A DNA stretch of 64,000 nucleotides from an uncultured Acidovorax sp. (GTDB lineage: Bacteria > Pseudomonadota > Gammaproteobacteria > Burkholderiales > Burkholderiaceae_C): contig CAJYKV010000007.1 of NCBI GenBank assembly GCA_913774955.1, forward strand, positions 333,693 through 397,692, given 5' to 3'. The notes below the pieces were generated by a model. That model searched no databases, was not told the DNA's origin, and saw nothing but the letters and a program-made list of their open reading frames with translations. The translations under genes were made by a program, and so were the position numbers. This document shows positions 20,162 through 31,183 of the stretch, in pieces (within the stretch, counting starts at the first letter, position 1; every line of letters begins with the position of its first letter).

Positions 20162-20938
20162 TCACTCCCCCTGCGAACCCCGCCGGGCCCAGCCCGTGGT
20201 GTGCTTCTCCAGCACGCTGAAGAGCTCGTACATCACCATCGCCATCGCGCCCACCACCATCAGGCCGGCGAAGGCCAGGCCCATCTGCATCGACGAGCCC
20301 GCCGAGATCAGCAGGTAGCCGATGCCCTCGTTGGCGGCGGTCATCTCGCTCACCGTGGTACCCACGAATGCGAGCGTGATGGCGACCTTCAGCGAGCCGT
20401 AGAAGTAGGGCAGCGAACGCGGCAGGCCGACCTTGGTGAGCACGTCCCAGCGCTTGGCCCCCAGCACGCGCAGCACGTCTTCCAGCTCGGGCTCCAGCGT
20501 GGCCAGGCCCGTGGCGATGTTCACCATGATCGGGAAGAAGCTGATCAGGAAGGCCGTGAGGATGGCCGGGCCCGCGCCGATGCCGAACCACACCACGAGG
20601 ATCGGCACGAAGGCCGCCTTCGGCAGCGCATTGAACGCGGTCATGAGCGGATAGACGGCCGCATAGGCGAGCCGCGAGGAGCCGATCAAAAAGCCCAGCA
20701 GCACGCCCACCACGATGGCGATGCCGAACCCCGCCATGGTCACCCAGAAGGTGCGCCAGGCATGGCCGGCGATCACCCACTTGAACTCCACCAGCTGGTT
20801 CCAGATGGCGAGCGGGCTGGGGAAGATGAATTCCGACACGCCCAGGCCCGAGCAGATGACCTGCCAGAGCACGATCACCGTGAACAGCAGGACCCAGGGC
20901 GACCAGCGCTCGACGCGTTTGCGGTGCTGTGCGTTCAT
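20162..20938 (-). CDS. ABC permease (SsuC/TauC type)
   Basis: TM pattern; LPRSLPYFYGSLKVA; EAA-like loop. Confidence 0.9.
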   Translation of the reverse strand: MNAQHRKRVERWSPWVLLFTVIVLWQVICSGLGVSEFIFPSPLAIWNQLVEFKWVIAGHAWRTFWVTMAGFGIAIVVGVLLGFLIGSSRLAYAAVYPLMTAFNALPKAAFVPILVVWFGIGAGPAILTAFLISFFPIMVNIATGLATLEPELEDVLRVLGAKRWDVLTKVGLPRSLPYFYGSLKVAITLAFVGTTVSEMTAANEGIGYLLISAGSSMQMGLAFAGLMVVGAMAMVMYELFSVLEKHTTGWARRGSQGE

Positions 20939-21771
20939 TGCGTGATCTCCCCGCCGGACTTGCGCAGCGCGCCGATGTGGCCGCGCAGTTCCAGCACGAC
21001 GTCCGTGAATTCCTTGGTGTAGGTGATCTCCAGCTCGCGCGGGCGCGGCAGGTCGATCTCGCGGCGCACGACGAAGCGGCCGGGACTCTTGCTCATCACG
21101 TAGACGGTGTCGGCCAGGAACACGCTCTCGCGCAGGTCGTGCGTGACGAGAATCACGTTGAACCGCTGCTCGGCCTGCAGGTCGCGCAGGATGCACCACA
21201 GCTCCTCGCGCGTGAAGGCGTCGAGCGCGCCGAAGGGCTCGTCGAGCAGCAGCATCTGCGGCTCGTGGATGAGTGCGCGGCAGATGCTCGCGCGCTGCTG
21301 CATGCCGCCCGAGAGCTGCCAGGGGTACTTGTCCTCGTAGCCGCCGAGGCCCACCTTCTGCAGCAGCGCGCGGGCGCGCGCCTCGTATTCCTTGCGGCGG
21401 GCCTTGAACTGCGAGCGGTGCGGCTCGACGATCTCCAGCGGCAGCAGCACGTTGTCGACCGTGGTGCGCCAGGGCAGCAGCGAAGGCGCCTGGAAGGCCA
21501 TGCCCGAGATCTTGAGCGGCCCGGTCACCGGCTCGCCCGCGATGCGGATGCGGCCCATGGAGGGCATGCGCAGGCCGGTGGCCAGCTTCATGAAGGTGGA
21601 TTTGCCGCAGCCCGAGGGCCCGACGATGGCGATGAACTCGCCGCGCCGCACCTGCAGGTCGATGGCCTCCACCGCGAAGTGGTTGGCGCGCAGCAGCTCT
21701 TCGTTGTAGGCGAGCCAGACGTCGCGGAAATCCACGAAGTACGCATCGTCGGCCTGCGGGGGCGTGGGCAT
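20935..21771 (-). CDS. ABC ATP-binding protein
   Basis: GPSGCGKST, LSGGMQQR, LLLDEPF. Confidence 0.93.
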   Translation of the reverse strand: MPTPPQADDAYFVDFRDVWLAYNEELLRANHFAVEAIDLQVRRGEFIAIVGPSGCGKSTFMKLATGLRMPSMGRIRIAGEPVTGPLKISGMAFQAPSLLPWRTTVDNVLLPLEIVEPHRSQFKARRKEYEARARALLQKVGLGGYEDKYPWQLSGGMQQRASICRALIHEPQMLLLDEPFGALDAFTREELWCILRDLQAEQRFNVILVTHDLRESVFLADTVYVMSKSPGRFVVRREIDLPRPRELEITYTKEFTDVVLELRGHIGALRKSGGEITQ

Positions 21772-21788
21772 GGGGGCGGCCTTTCGGG

Positions 21789-22829
21789 TCACTTCTTCGG
21801 CAGGATGTTCAGCTCGGCGGCGGGCGGCAGGAAGCTGCCGTTCCACACGGTGGCCGGATCCACGCGCGTCTTGGTGCCATAGGCGTCGGACACCTGCGAG
21901 GCCATCAGCGCGAGCCGCTGCGGCTTGGCCTGGCCGAAGCCTTCCGCTCGCGCGTCCGGGCTGTTGACCACGGTATCGATCGCCAGCTGCAGGCGGCGGG
22001 TCTCCAGCTGCGTATTCACGATGCCGTCGCGCTCCTTCACGTAGGCGATGGCGGCGCCCGGGTTGGCGATGACCTCCTTCGCGCCGCGCGTGAACGCCTT
22101 CAGGAAGGCCTTCACCGCTTCCGGGTTCTCCTTGAGGATCTTCGGGCTCGCGATGATGGCGTTGCCGTAGAGCTTCACGCCATAGTCGGCATACGGCATC
22201 ACGACCACGTCGGAGGCCTTCGCGCCGCGCGCCTCCAGGTTCAGCAGCGAGGTGAAGGTGAAGCCGGTGATCGCATCGACGTCGCCGCGCACCAGCATGG
22301 TTTCGCGCAGCGGCGGGTCCATCGCGGTCCACTGCACGCCGCCGATGCCGTTGGCCTTGGCGAAGATCGGGAAGCCGCGCCGGCCCGCATCGAACACCGG
22401 CGCGCCGAGCTTCTTGCCGTTCAGGTCCGCGGGCTTGGTAATGCCGCTCTTCTTGAGCGCCATCACGGAAGCGGGCGTGTTGTTGTAGACCATCATCACC
22501 GCCACGGGCCGGTTCTGCGCGTCCGGGTTGTTGGCGTGGAATTCCATCAGCGCGGCCATGTCGGCGAAGCCGATGTCGTACGAGCCCGAGGCCACGCGCT
22601 GCACCGCCGCGCCCGAGCCGTTGCCGGCGTCCACGGTGACGTTCAGGCCCGCCTCCTTGAAGTACCCCTTGGCCGCCGGCAGCAGGAAGAAGGCCGCGGG
22701 CCCTTCGAAGCGCCAGTCGAGCTGGAACTTCACCGGCGTGGGCGCGCCGGATTGCGCCTGGGCGGCAGGCACCATCAGGCCGGATGCGGCGAGCAGCAGG
22801 GCGGATTGCAGGAAGGAACGCTTGATCAT
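21789..22829 (-). CDS. ABC substrate-binding protein, NMT1/THI5 family
   Basis: Signal peptide; FQLDWRFEG; KGYFKEAGLNV. Confidence 0.9.
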   Translation of the reverse strand: MIKRSFLQSALLLAASGLMVPAAQAQSGAPTPVKFQLDWRFEGPAAFFLLPAAKGYFKEAGLNVTVDAGNGSGAAVQRVASGSYDIGFADMAALMEFHANNPDAQNRPVAVMMVYNNTPASVMALKKSGITKPADLNGKKLGAPVFDAGRRGFPIFAKANGIGGVQWTAMDPPLRETMLVRGDVDAITGFTFTSLLNLEARGAKASDVVVMPYADYGVKLYGNAIIASPKILKENPEAVKAFLKAFTRGAKEVIANPGAAIAYVKERDGIVNTQLETRRLQLAIDTVVNSPDARAEGFGQAKPQRLALMASQVSDAYGTKTRVDPATVWNGSFLPPAAELNILPKK

Positions 22830-22867
22830 GGGGTCTCCATTCGTGTCGATCGATACCGTGCGTATCA

Positions 22868-22881
22868 GCAAGATCGATGCC
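22868..22881 (-). promoter_or_regulatory. Sigma54-like -24/-12 promoter
   Basis: GG-CATCGATCTT-GC on the minus strand, about 40 bp upstream of the 22829 start. Confidence 0.55.
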
Positions 22882-22959
22882 CGTCCTGCGCTGGATGCGT
22901 GGCGCCGCGTGCCGGGGAGGCACCAACCTGGTGCGGTGCTGTGCGGTGCCGGCCGCCGT

Positions 22960-23481
22960 TCAGCGGTGTTCCCAGAAGCCCTGGTGGGCGGCGATGAGCG
23001 CGGCGCGCAGTGCGGGCACCGGCCCGGTCACTTCCACGGCGCGCTGGCCCCGCGCGAACACCTCGCGGCACGGCAGGTCGAGCGTGGGGTTCTCGGGGTG
23101 GCTGCCGGTGAGGGCGCGCAGCGCGGATTCCTCGGCGCCGTAGAGCACGCGCCCGATGCCGGCCCAGTAGATCGTGCCGGCGCACATCGCGCAGGGCTCG
23201 AAGGTGGTGACGAGGGTGCAGCCGCTCAGGACGTCGGCGGGCCACCGCGCAACGGCCTCGCGCGCGAGCGTGGACTCGGCATGGTTCACGGTGTCGATGT
23301 TGCCCTGCTCGGCGAGCACGGTGTCGCCATCGGGCGCGACCAGCAGCGCGCCGAACGGATGGCGGCCGGCGTCCATCGCGCGGCGCGCCACGGCGTCCGC
23401 CCGCAGCAGATGGCGGGCGATGCGCTCCGGCGTGAGCGGTGCGGCGGGGAACGGTGGGGAGGGGGGTGCGGTGTCCTGCAT
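22960..23481 (-). CDS. Nucleoside deaminase (second copy)
   Basis: HPFGALLV, NHAE, TFEPCAMC. Confidence 0.9.
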   Translation of the reverse strand: MQDTAPPSPPFPAAPLTPERIARHLLRADAVARRAMDAGRHPFGALLVAPDGDTVLAEQGNIDTVNHAESTLAREAVARWPADVLSGCTLVTTFEPCAMCAGTIYWAGIGRVLYGAEESALRALTGSHPENPTLDLPCREVFARGQRAVEVTGPVPALRAALIAAHQGFWEHR

Positions 23482-23561
23482 GCGCTGCGCGCACGCAAGC
23501 CGCGTACCTGGCGGCCGGCCCGCTGCGCCGGGATAGGGCAGCGGGCCGGGCCGGGGCAGGA

Positions 23562-25862
23562 TCAGCGCTGCGCCTTGGCGGCTGCCGCGCCGGCGGCGGC
23601 CAGCGCCGTCATGTTGACCACGCGGCGCACGGTGGAGGAGGGCGTGAGCACGTGGGCCGAGGCGGCCGCGCCCAGCAGGATCGGGCCGATGGTCGTGCCG
23701 TGGCTGCCGGTGGTCTTGAGCACGTTGAAAAGGATGTTCGCCGCGTCGAGGTTCGGGCAGATCAGCACGTTGGCCGAGCCGGTGAGCGTGCTGTCCTCCA
23801 GCGCGTTCTGGCGGATCGTCTCCGACAGGGCGGCATCGCCGTGCAGCTCGCCGTCGCTCTCGATGTGGGGCGCCGCCTTCGCGAACAGGTCGCGCGCCGC
23901 GCGCATCTTGCGTGCCGAGGGGCGCGTGGACGAGCCGTAGTTGGAGTGCGAGAGGAACGCCACCTTCGGCGGCAGGCCGAAGCGCTGCACTTCCTCGGCC
24001 GCCATCTGCGCGATGTGCGCGAGCTGCTCGGCGCTCGGATCCTCGTGGATGTAGGTGTCGGCGATGAACAGCGTGTGCTGCTCCAGCGTCAGGGCGTTCA
24101 CCGTGGCGAGGCCGGCGGCGCCATCCTTCAGGCCGATCACCGTGCGCACGTGCTCCAGGTGGTGGTCGAAGCGGCCGACCAGCCCGCAGAGCAGTGCGTC
24201 CGCATCGCCCAGGTGCACCATCAGCGCGCCGATGAGCGTGTTGGAGCGGCGCACCGCGGCTTTGGCGGCCTCGGGCGTGATGCCGTCGCGGCCCATCAGG
24301 CGGTGGTAGGCCTCCCAGTACTGGCGGAAGCGCGGATCGTCCTCGGGATTGCAGACCTCGACGTCCTTGCCGAGCTGGATGCGCAGGCCGGCCTTCTTGA
24401 TGCGCACCTCGATCACGGCCGGGCGGCCGATCAGGATGGGCTTGGCCAGGCCGTCGTCCACGGCCACCTGGGCGGCGCGCAGCACGCGCTCGTCCTCGCC
24501 CTCGGCATAGGCCACGCGCTGCTGCGCGGCCTTGGCGGCGGCGAACACCGGGCGCATGAACATGCTGGTCTGGTAGACGAAGCGCGTCAGGCTCTCGCGG
24601 TAGGCGTCGTAGTCCTGGATGGGGCGCGTGGCCACGCCGGAGGCCTCGGCGGCCCGGGCCACGGCGGGCGCGATGCGCAGGATCAGCCGCACGTCGAACG
24701 GCGTGGGGATGAGGTAGTCGGGGCCGAAGGAGAGTTCCTTGCCCGCGTAGGCGGCGGCCACCTCGTCGCTCATCTCGGCCTTGGCGAGGTCGGCGATCTC
24801 GCGCACGCAGGCGAGCTTCATGGCCTCGGTGATCTTCGTGGCGCCGCAATCGAGCGCGCCGCGGAAGATGTAGGGGAAGCACAGCACGTTGTTCACCTGG
24901 TTCGGGTAGTCCGAACGGCCGGTGGCGATGATGCAGTCGGGGCGGATGGCCTTGGCGAGTTCCGGGCGGATCTCGGGCTCGGGGTTGGCCAGCGCCAGGA
25001 TGATCGGCCTGTCGGCCATGGTCTTCACCATGTCGGCCGTGAGCACGCCGGGGGCCGAGCAGCCCAGGAACACGTCGGCGCCGTTCACCACGTCGGCCAG
25101 GGTGCGGGCCTCGGTCTTCTGCGCGTAGCGGGCCTTGGATTCGTCCAGCGGGCCGCGGCCCTCAAAGATCACGCCCTTGGAGTCCACCACGTAGATGTTC
25201 TCGCGCTTCACGCCCAGGCCGACCATCACGTCCAGGCAGGCGATCGCGGCGGCGCCGGCGCCGGACACGGCCACCTTCACGGCGCCGATGTCCTTGCCGA
25301 CCAGCTCCAGGCCGTTCAGCAGCGCGGCGCTGGAGATGATGGCCGTGCCGTGCTGGTCGTCATGGAACACCGGAATGTTCATGCGCTTGGAGAGTTCGCG
25401 CTCGATGTAGAAGCACTCGGGTGCCTTGATGTCCTCGAGGTTGATGCCGCCGAGCGTGGGCTCCAGGCTGGCGATGATCTCGACGAGCTTGTCCGGATCG
25501 CGCTCGGCCAGTTCGATGTCGAACACGTCCACGCCCGCGAACTTCTTGAACAGGCAGCCCTTGCCCTCCATCACCGGCTTGCCGGCCAGCGGGCCGATGT
25601 CGCCCAGGCCCAGCACGGCGGTGCCGTTGGTGATCACGCCCACCAGGTTGCCGCGCGAGGTGTATTCGGCGGCGAGCGACGGATCGGCCTGGATGTCCAG
25701 GCAGGGATAGGCCACGCCGGGCGAATAGGCCAGCGACAGGTCGCGCTGGTTCGACAGCGGCTTGGTCGGCGTGACGGAGATCTTGCCGCGACCGGGGTTG
25801 CGGTGGTATTCGAGCGCGGCTTCGCGCAGGGCCGCTTCCGCGGCGGAGAGGGGCTGGGTCAT
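23562..25862 (-). CDS. maeB: NADP-dependent malic enzyme with PTA-like domain
   Basis: [39 protein letters not shown]; 766 aa. Confidence 0.96.
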   Translation of the reverse strand: MTQPLSAAEAALREAALEYHRNPGRGKISVTPTKPLSNQRDLSLAYSPGVAYPCLDIQADPSLAAEYTSRGNLVGVITNGTAVLGLGDIGPLAGKPVMEGKGCLFKKFAGVDVFDIELAERDPDKLVEIIASLEPTLGGINLEDIKAPECFYIERELSKRMNIPVFHDDQHGTAIISSAALLNGLELVGKDIGAVKVAVSGAGAAAIACLDVMVGLGVKRENIYVVDSKGVIFEGRGPLDESKARYAQKTEARTLADVVNGADVFLGCSAPGVLTADMVKTMADRPIILALANPEPEIRPELAKAIRPDCIIATGRSDYPNQVNNVLCFPYIFRGALDCGATKITEAMKLACVREIADLAKAEMSDEVAAAYAGKELSFGPDYLIPTPFDVRLILRIAPAVARAAEASGVATRPIQDYDAYRESLTRFVYQTSMFMRPVFAAAKAAQQRVAYAEGEDERVLRAAQVAVDDGLAKPILIGRPAVIEVRIKKAGLRIQLGKDVEVCNPEDDPRFRQYWEAYHRLMGRDGITPEAAKAAVRRSNTLIGALMVHLGDADALLCGLVGRFDHHLEHVRTVIGLKDGAAGLATVNALTLEQHTLFIADTYIHEDPSAEQLAHIAQMAAEEVQRFGLPPKVAFLSHSNYGSSTRPSARKMRAARDLFAKAAPHIESDGELHGDAALSETIRQNALEDSTLTGSANVLICPNLDAANILFNVLKTTGSHGTTIGPILLGAAASAHVLTPSSTVRRVVNMTALAAAGAAAAKAQR

Positions 25863-26013
25863 ACGGGTTTTCCGGAAAAGGGGCGCAATTGCAGTGCCAG
25901 TCGAAGCTTAACCGCCGTGCCCGCGGAAGGGGGCCTCTGCCCATGCCGTGTGTGCATGGGGACGAACGCCCCGCGCCGGGTGCGGAGCGGGGTGGATGCG
26001 GACGGGGCCGGGC

Positions 26014-27510
26014 TCAGTGCGCGTCGGCCTGCCGGGCGGCGTCCACGGCCGCGGAGGTGTCGCGGCTGGCGCCATTGAAGAAAACGTTCAGGAGCACGGC
26101 AGTGATCGAGGCCAGCAGAATACCGGATTCGATCAGCGGATGGATGGCGTGCGGCATCCACTGGCGGAAGTTGGGCGCCACCAGCGGCACCATGCCCACG
26201 CCGATGGAGACGGCCACGATCATCGCGTTGAAGCGGTTGGTCCTGAAATCCACCGCGCCCAGGATGCGGATGCCGGTGGCCGCCACCATGCCGAACATCA
26301 CCAGCCCCGCGCCGCCCAGCACCACGGTGGGCAGGGATTCGACCAGCGCCGCCATCTTCGGCAGCAGCCCCAGCAGGATCAGGATCAGCCCGCCGGCCAC
26401 GCAGACGAAGCGGCTCTTGACGCCCGTCACGGCCACCAGCCCCACGTTCTGCGAGAAGCTGGTGTAGGGGAACGTGTTGAAGATGCCGCCGATGAGCGTG
26501 CCCAGGCCGTCGGTGCGCAGCCCTCGCGTGAGGGCCGCCTGGTCCACCTTGCGGCCGGTCATCTCGCCGAGCGCGAGGAACATGCCGGTGGATTCGATCA
26601 TCACCACGACCATCACCAGCGTCATGGTGAGGATCAGCACCGGGTCGAAGATCGGCAGCGCGATCTCGAAGGGCAGCACCAGGTCGAACCATTGCGCCTT
26701 GGCCACCTTGTCGAAGTTCATCAGGCCCAGCGCCGTGGCGGCCACGCCGCCGATGCAGATGCCGAGCAGCACGGAGATGTTGGCGACGAAGCCGCGCGCG
26801 AACTTGGCGATCAGCAGGATGGAGAGCAGCACCAGGGCCGAAACGCCCACGCCCGTCAGGTCGCCGTAGCGCGGGTTGGGCACCGTGGGCACCACCGCCA
26901 GGCCCTTCGGAACAGGCGGCAGCGACGAGCCCGGCGCGCCGGCCGCGGCCTGCGCCTCGGCCAGCCATTTGACGTGGTCGGGATTCACCACCGTGGGTGC
27001 CGTCGGGCCTGCCGGGTTGCCGAAGATCCAGTTGATGCCCACGCGCATCAGGCTGATGCCGATCACCGCGATGATCGTGCCCGTGACCACGGGCGGGAAG
27101 AAACGCAGCATGCGGCTGACGAGCGGCGCGATCAGGATCGAGACCACGCCCGCGCCGATCACCGAACCGAAGATCAGCCCCGCGCCGGCCGGCCCGGCGG
27201 TCGTCTGCGCCATCGACACCATGGGCGCGACGGCCGCGAAGGTGACACCCATCATCACCGGCAGCTGCACGCCGAACCAGCGCGTGGCGCCCAGTGCCTG
27301 GATCAGCGTGACCAGGCCGCAGCAGAACAGGTCCGCCGAGATGAGCTTGGCCACCAGATCGGGCGTGAGGTTGAGCGCGCGGCCGATGATGAGCGGCACC
27401 GCCACCGCGCCCGCGTACATCACCAGCACGTGCTGCAGGCCCAGGGCGGTGAGCTGGCCCGCAGGCAGGCGCTGGTCTACCGGATGGAGGTCGGACGGAC
27501 TGGAAGGCAT
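26014..27510 (-). CDS. NCS2 xanthine/uric acid permease
   Basis: LGLQHVLVMY, FSQNVGLV signature. Confidence 0.93.
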   Translation of the reverse strand: MPSSPSDLHPVDQRLPAGQLTALGLQHVLVMYAGAVAVPLIIGRALNLTPDLVAKLISADLFCCGLVTLIQALGATRWFGVQLPVMMGVTFAAVAPMVSMAQTTAGPAGAGLIFGSVIGAGVVSILIAPLVSRMLRFFPPVVTGTIIAVIGISLMRVGINWIFGNPAGPTAPTVVNPDHVKWLAEAQAAAGAPGSSLPPVPKGLAVVPTVPNPRYGDLTGVGVSALVLLSILLIAKFARGFVANISVLLGICIGGVAATALGLMNFDKVAKAQWFDLVLPFEIALPIFDPVLILTMTLVMVVVMIESTGMFLALGEMTGRKVDQAALTRGLRTDGLGTLIGGIFNTFPYTSFSQNVGLVAVTGVKSRFVCVAGGLILILLGLLPKMAALVESLPTVVLGGAGLVMFGMVAATGIRILGAVDFRTNRFNAMIVAVSIGVGMVPLVAPNFRQWMPHAIHPLIESGILLASITAVLLNVFFNGASRDTSAAVDAARQADAH

Positions 27511-27561
27511 GGCGGGAATCCCGGGCAGGGCGAAGTTGCACACATCGATGTATGGAAAAAA

Positions 27562-27580
27562 TGTATGCAATTTGGGTGCC
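27562..27580 (-). promoter_or_regulatory. Sigma54-like promoter overlapped by a TGCATACA box
   Basis: Minus strand GG-CACCCAAATT-GC-ATACA. Confidence 0.6.
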
Positions 27581-27649
27581 CACCGCACGCAGGAAAACCC
27601 GCGCGCCCCGCACCGCCGCGGTGCGCGGCATCGGCACGGGCGTGGTGCG

Positions 27650-28414
27650 TCAGGCCAGCAGGGCCTTGACGAGGTCGAGCTGCCGGTCGGCGCGCTCGCT
27701 GTCGAGCTCCAGGCTGGACTCGATGCGGTTCAGGTGGTCCACCATGCAGGCGACGGCGGCCTCGGCATCGCCGCTGCGGCACACGCGCAGGAACTCGGCG
27801 TGCTCGCCGGACGAGCAGTGCGGATCGTTCGACGAGTGGTAGAGCATGGCGATCAGCGAGCTGCGCGCCACCATCTCCTGGACCAGCTGGGCCAGCGTGC
27901 GGTTGCCCGCGGCTTCGGCGAGCGCGACGTGGAAGTCGCCCAGCAGCTTCTCCTGCACGCGGCCGGTGGCGGAGTTCAGCGTCGTGCGCTCGAAGCGGAT
28001 GTGCTGCTCCAGCAGCTGGTACTCGGCCCGGCCCGCCTGCGCCACGAACAGCCGCACCACCTCGCTCTCGAGGATGCGGCGCACGGCGAACACCTCGCGC
28101 GCCTCCTGCACGCTCGGGCGGCTCACGAACGAGCCCTTGTCGGGAATGGTCTCGATCAGCCGGTCCTTGGCGAGCATCACCAGGGCGGCCCGCACCTTCG
28201 TGCGGCTCACGGAATAGATGCGCCCGAGCGCTTCCTCGCGCAGCCAGGTGCCGGGCGGCAGGCGCTTCTCGACGATCGCCGTGGCCAGGTCGCGGGCGAT
28301 GCCTTCGATCGACACCTGGGCCGCTTCGGGAGCGCCGGCATCGGGGACGGGGGCGGGTGTCGGGTCGGTCTTGGCGGAGGGGCGGGATTTGGGAGCAGGG
28401 GCGGCGCGTGGCAT
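27650..28414 (-). CDS. GntR (FadR subfamily) regulator
   Basis: LPPGTWLREEAL..YSVSRTKVR HTH; FCD domain FHVALA. Confidence 0.92.
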   Translation of the reverse strand: MPRAAPAPKSRPSAKTDPTPAPVPDAGAPEAAQVSIEGIARDLATAIVEKRLPPGTWLREEALGRIYSVSRTKVRAALVMLAKDRLIETIPDKGSFVSRPSVQEAREVFAVRRILESEVVRLFVAQAGRAEYQLLEQHIRFERTTLNSATGRVQEKLLGDFHVALAEAAGNRTLAQLVQEMVARSSLIAMLYHSSNDPHCSSGEHAEFLRVCRSGDAEAAVACMVDHLNRIESSLELDSERADRQLDLVKALLA

Positions 28415-28448
28415 GGCAGGATTGTCGCTTCCTGCCGCGGCACCGCCG

Positions 28449-29270
28449 TCAGGCCCGCTTGAGCGCCGCGGGCGTGTGCGCCCGGGTTTCCGGCTGCGCC
28501 GCGGGGGCTGCAGGCGCGGTGGACGCCCCGGGCGCGGCAGCCAGCGTGAACTCCGACAGCGCCCCGGCCATCGCCTTGGGCAGCGGCCGCGCCAGTTCGC
28601 CGCGCTTGCTCGTGGCGAGCCGCAGCGTCACCAGCGATTCGACCAGCGTGGTGGCCGCCGCCACGCCGTCGATCACCGGCACGCCCAGCACCTGGCCGAT
28701 GTGCTCGCACAGGTCGGCCATGCCGGCGCAGCCCAGCACGATCGCATCGCAGCCGTCCTCGGCCAGCGCGCGGCGGCATTCGTCGATGATGCGTTCGCGC
28801 GCGTTGGAGCCCGGCACCTCCAGCTCCAGCACGGGCAATTCGCAGGCCCGCACGTTGGCGCAGAAGCGCTCCATGCCGTAGATTTCGGCCAGGTGCCAGG
28901 CCTGGCCCGTGGTGCGGCCGAGCGTGGTGACCACGGAGAAGCGCGTGCCCACCATGCTCGCCAGGTGCATGGCAGCCTCGGCGATCCCGATCACCGGCCC
29001 GCGCGCCAGCTCGCGCGCGGCCTTCAGGCCCGGGTCGCCGAAGCAGGCGATCACGTAGCCGTCCACGCCCGCCGCCTCGCCGCGGGCGATCTCCTGCAGC
29101 AGGCCCGGCACGGCCAGCGCCTCGTCGTAGTGGCTCTCTATGGAGGCCGGGCCCATGGCGGGGCTCACGGCGATGACCTCGGTGCCCGGCCGCGCCACGG
29201 CGCGCGCGCAGGCCCCGATCTTCTCGGTCATGCTCCAGGTGGTGTTGGGATTGATGATCTGGATGCGCAC
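28449..29270 (-). CDS. Asp/Glu/hydantoin racemase family (allantoin racemase-like)
   Basis: GTG start; IINPNT, IACFGDPG, IVLGCAGM two-cysteine motifs. Confidence 0.88.
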   Translation of the reverse strand: MRIQIINPNTTWSMTEKIGACARAVARPGTEVIAVSPAMGPASIESHYDEALAVPGLLQEIARGEAAGVDGYVIACFGDPGLKAARELARGPVIGIAEAAMHLASMVGTRFSVVTTLGRTTGQAWHLAEIYGMERFCANVRACELPVLELEVPGSNARERIIDECRRALAEDGCDAIVLGCAGMADLCEHIGQVLGVPVIDGVAAATTLVESLVTLRLATSKRGELARPLPKAMAGALSEFTLAAAPGASTAPAAPAAQPETRAHTPAALKRA

Positions 29271-29275
29271 GTCGG

Positions 29276-30793
29276 TCAGTTCTTTCGGTTCAATGCGAGG
29301 TAGAAGATGAAGCCCAGGCCCATGCCCATGAACCAGGCGTAGCTCGCGGCGCCGCGCCACGAGGGCACGATCACGCAGAGGATGGGAACCAGGGCGGCGG
29401 GAACCAGTGCGCCCACGGCGCGCGGGTTGTAGCCGCCGCTGTACCAGTACGCGCCGCGCGGCTCCATGGTGTAGAGCTCGTCCACCAGCACCTTCTGGCG
29501 GCGCACGAAGTAGTAGTCGGCGATCAGGATGCCGAACAGCGGGCCGATGAAGGAGCCCAGCACGTCCAGCGTGTAGTGGATGACCTGCGGGTTGTTGTAG
29601 AGGTTCCACGGCGTGATGAAGATCGAGCCGACGGCGGCGATCATGCCGCCCGTGCGCCAGCTGATGTGCTGCGGCGCCACGTTGGAGAAGTCGAACGCCG
29701 GCGACACGAAGTTCGCCACGATGTTGATGCCGATGGTGGCGATCATGAAGGTGAGCGCGCCCAGCACCACGGCGGTGGTGGAGTCGATGCGGCCCACGGT
29801 GTGCACCGGGTCGGTGATCAGCTCGCCGAACACCGGCAGGGTGGCGGCCGTGGTCACCACGGTGAGCAGCGAGAAGAACACGAAGTTGACGGGCAGGCCC
29901 CAGAAGTTGCCCTTCTTCACCGCGTCGAAGCTCTTGCCATAGCGCGAGAAATCGCCGAAGTTGAGCATCGGTCCGCTGAAGTAGCTCACCACCAGCGCGA
30001 TGGCCGAGAGCATCACCGGCACCGCGTCCCAGCCCTGGAAGCGCACGCCGCCCAGGTTCAGGTCGATGTTCTTCCAGCCGGCCTTCCAGACCAGCCAGCC
30101 GCACAGGATGGCCATCACCACGTACACGCCCGGGCCGGCCCAGTCGATGAAGCGGCGGATCGCCTCCATGCCGTGCCAGAACACCAGCGCCTGCAGCACC
30201 CACATGACCATGAACGACACCCAGCCCAGGGTCGAGAGACCCGCGAACCCGTGCTGCGCGACGTCGGCGTACGCATCCAGCGAGGGGTAGAAGTGCAGCG
30301 CCAGGATCATGAAGGCGCTGGAGGCCAGGTAGGTCTGGATGCCGTACCACGCCACCGCGATCAGGCCGCGGATGATGGCGGGGATGTTGGCGCCCAGCAC
30401 GCCGAACGAGGCGCGGCAGATCACGGGGTAGGGCGTGCCGGTCACCTGGCTGGGCTTGGCCACCAGGTTGCAGAAGAACTGCACGATCACGATGCCGATC
30501 AGGAGCGCCGCCAGCACGTGCCAGCTGGAGAGCCCCAGCGCGAACAGGCTGCCGGCGGTGACGTAGCCGCCCACGCTGTGCACGTCCGACATCCAGAACG
30601 CGAAGATGTTGTACTGGCCCCAGGTCTGGTGCTTGAGCGGTGCCAGGTCTTCATTGGTCAGGCGCGGGTCGTAGCCCGGCTTGATGAGGGCGTTGCCCGC
30701 GTGGGGCGATGCGCCGGACGACGGCGCAGGCACTGGGGCGATGGGCGGCGGCTCCGAGCCGGCGGCGCTGACGGGATGGGTGGCGGACTGCAT
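29276..30793 (-). CDS. NCS1 nucleobase:cation symporter (allantoin permease-like)
   Basis: FAFWMSDVHS, NFGDFSRY, NIVANF, PWNL. Confidence 0.92.
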   Translation of the reverse strand: MQSATHPVSAAGSEPPPIAPVPAPSSGASPHAGNALIKPGYDPRLTNEDLAPLKHQTWGQYNIFAFWMSDVHSVGGYVTAGSLFALGLSSWHVLAALLIGIVIVQFFCNLVAKPSQVTGTPYPVICRASFGVLGANIPAIIRGLIAVAWYGIQTYLASSAFMILALHFYPSLDAYADVAQHGFAGLSTLGWVSFMVMWVLQALVFWHGMEAIRRFIDWAGPGVYVVMAILCGWLVWKAGWKNIDLNLGGVRFQGWDAVPVMLSAIALVVSYFSGPMLNFGDFSRYGKSFDAVKKGNFWGLPVNFVFFSLLTVVTTAATLPVFGELITDPVHTVGRIDSTTAVVLGALTFMIATIGINIVANFVSPAFDFSNVAPQHISWRTGGMIAAVGSIFITPWNLYNNPQVIHYTLDVLGSFIGPLFGILIADYYFVRRQKVLVDELYTMEPRGAYWYSGGYNPRAVGALVPAALVPILCVIVPSWRGAASYAWFMGMGLGFIFYLALNRKN

Positions 30794-30857
30794 GGTGTTC
30801 TCCTCGTGGCGGGGTTCGGGCCGGCGGGCGCCTGCGTCAGCAGGCGATGCATCCATG

Positions 30858-30869
30858 TTTGTATACAAA
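30858..30869. promoter_or_regulatory. GntR/FadR-type palindromic operator
   Basis: Perfect palindrome TTTGTATACAAA upstream of NCS1; second box TGTATGCAA at 30936-30944. Confidence 0.6.
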
Positions 30870-31183
30870 AAAAGGATGCAAAAAAAGGCCCATTCATGGT
30901 GCATGGCCTGGGGCTTACCCGGATGCCGGCAACGGTGTATGCAAGATGCGTGCACACGTCGGAGGCGTGCCTACGGCTGCGGTACGGGTGCGGCGCCAGG
31001 TGGACACAAGGCCCGAAGCGCCCATGGAGGGAGGTGCGGGAGGCCGGGGAGGCGTTGCGGCTGCACGCGGATGGTGCAGGAGCGGCCGCCGCGCCGGCGC
31101 ACGGGGCGTGCGCTGCGGGCGAAGGGGAGGGCGGAAAAAAGGGGAGGGCGCGGCCGCGCCATGCGGCCCCCGCGCCCCGCGGG

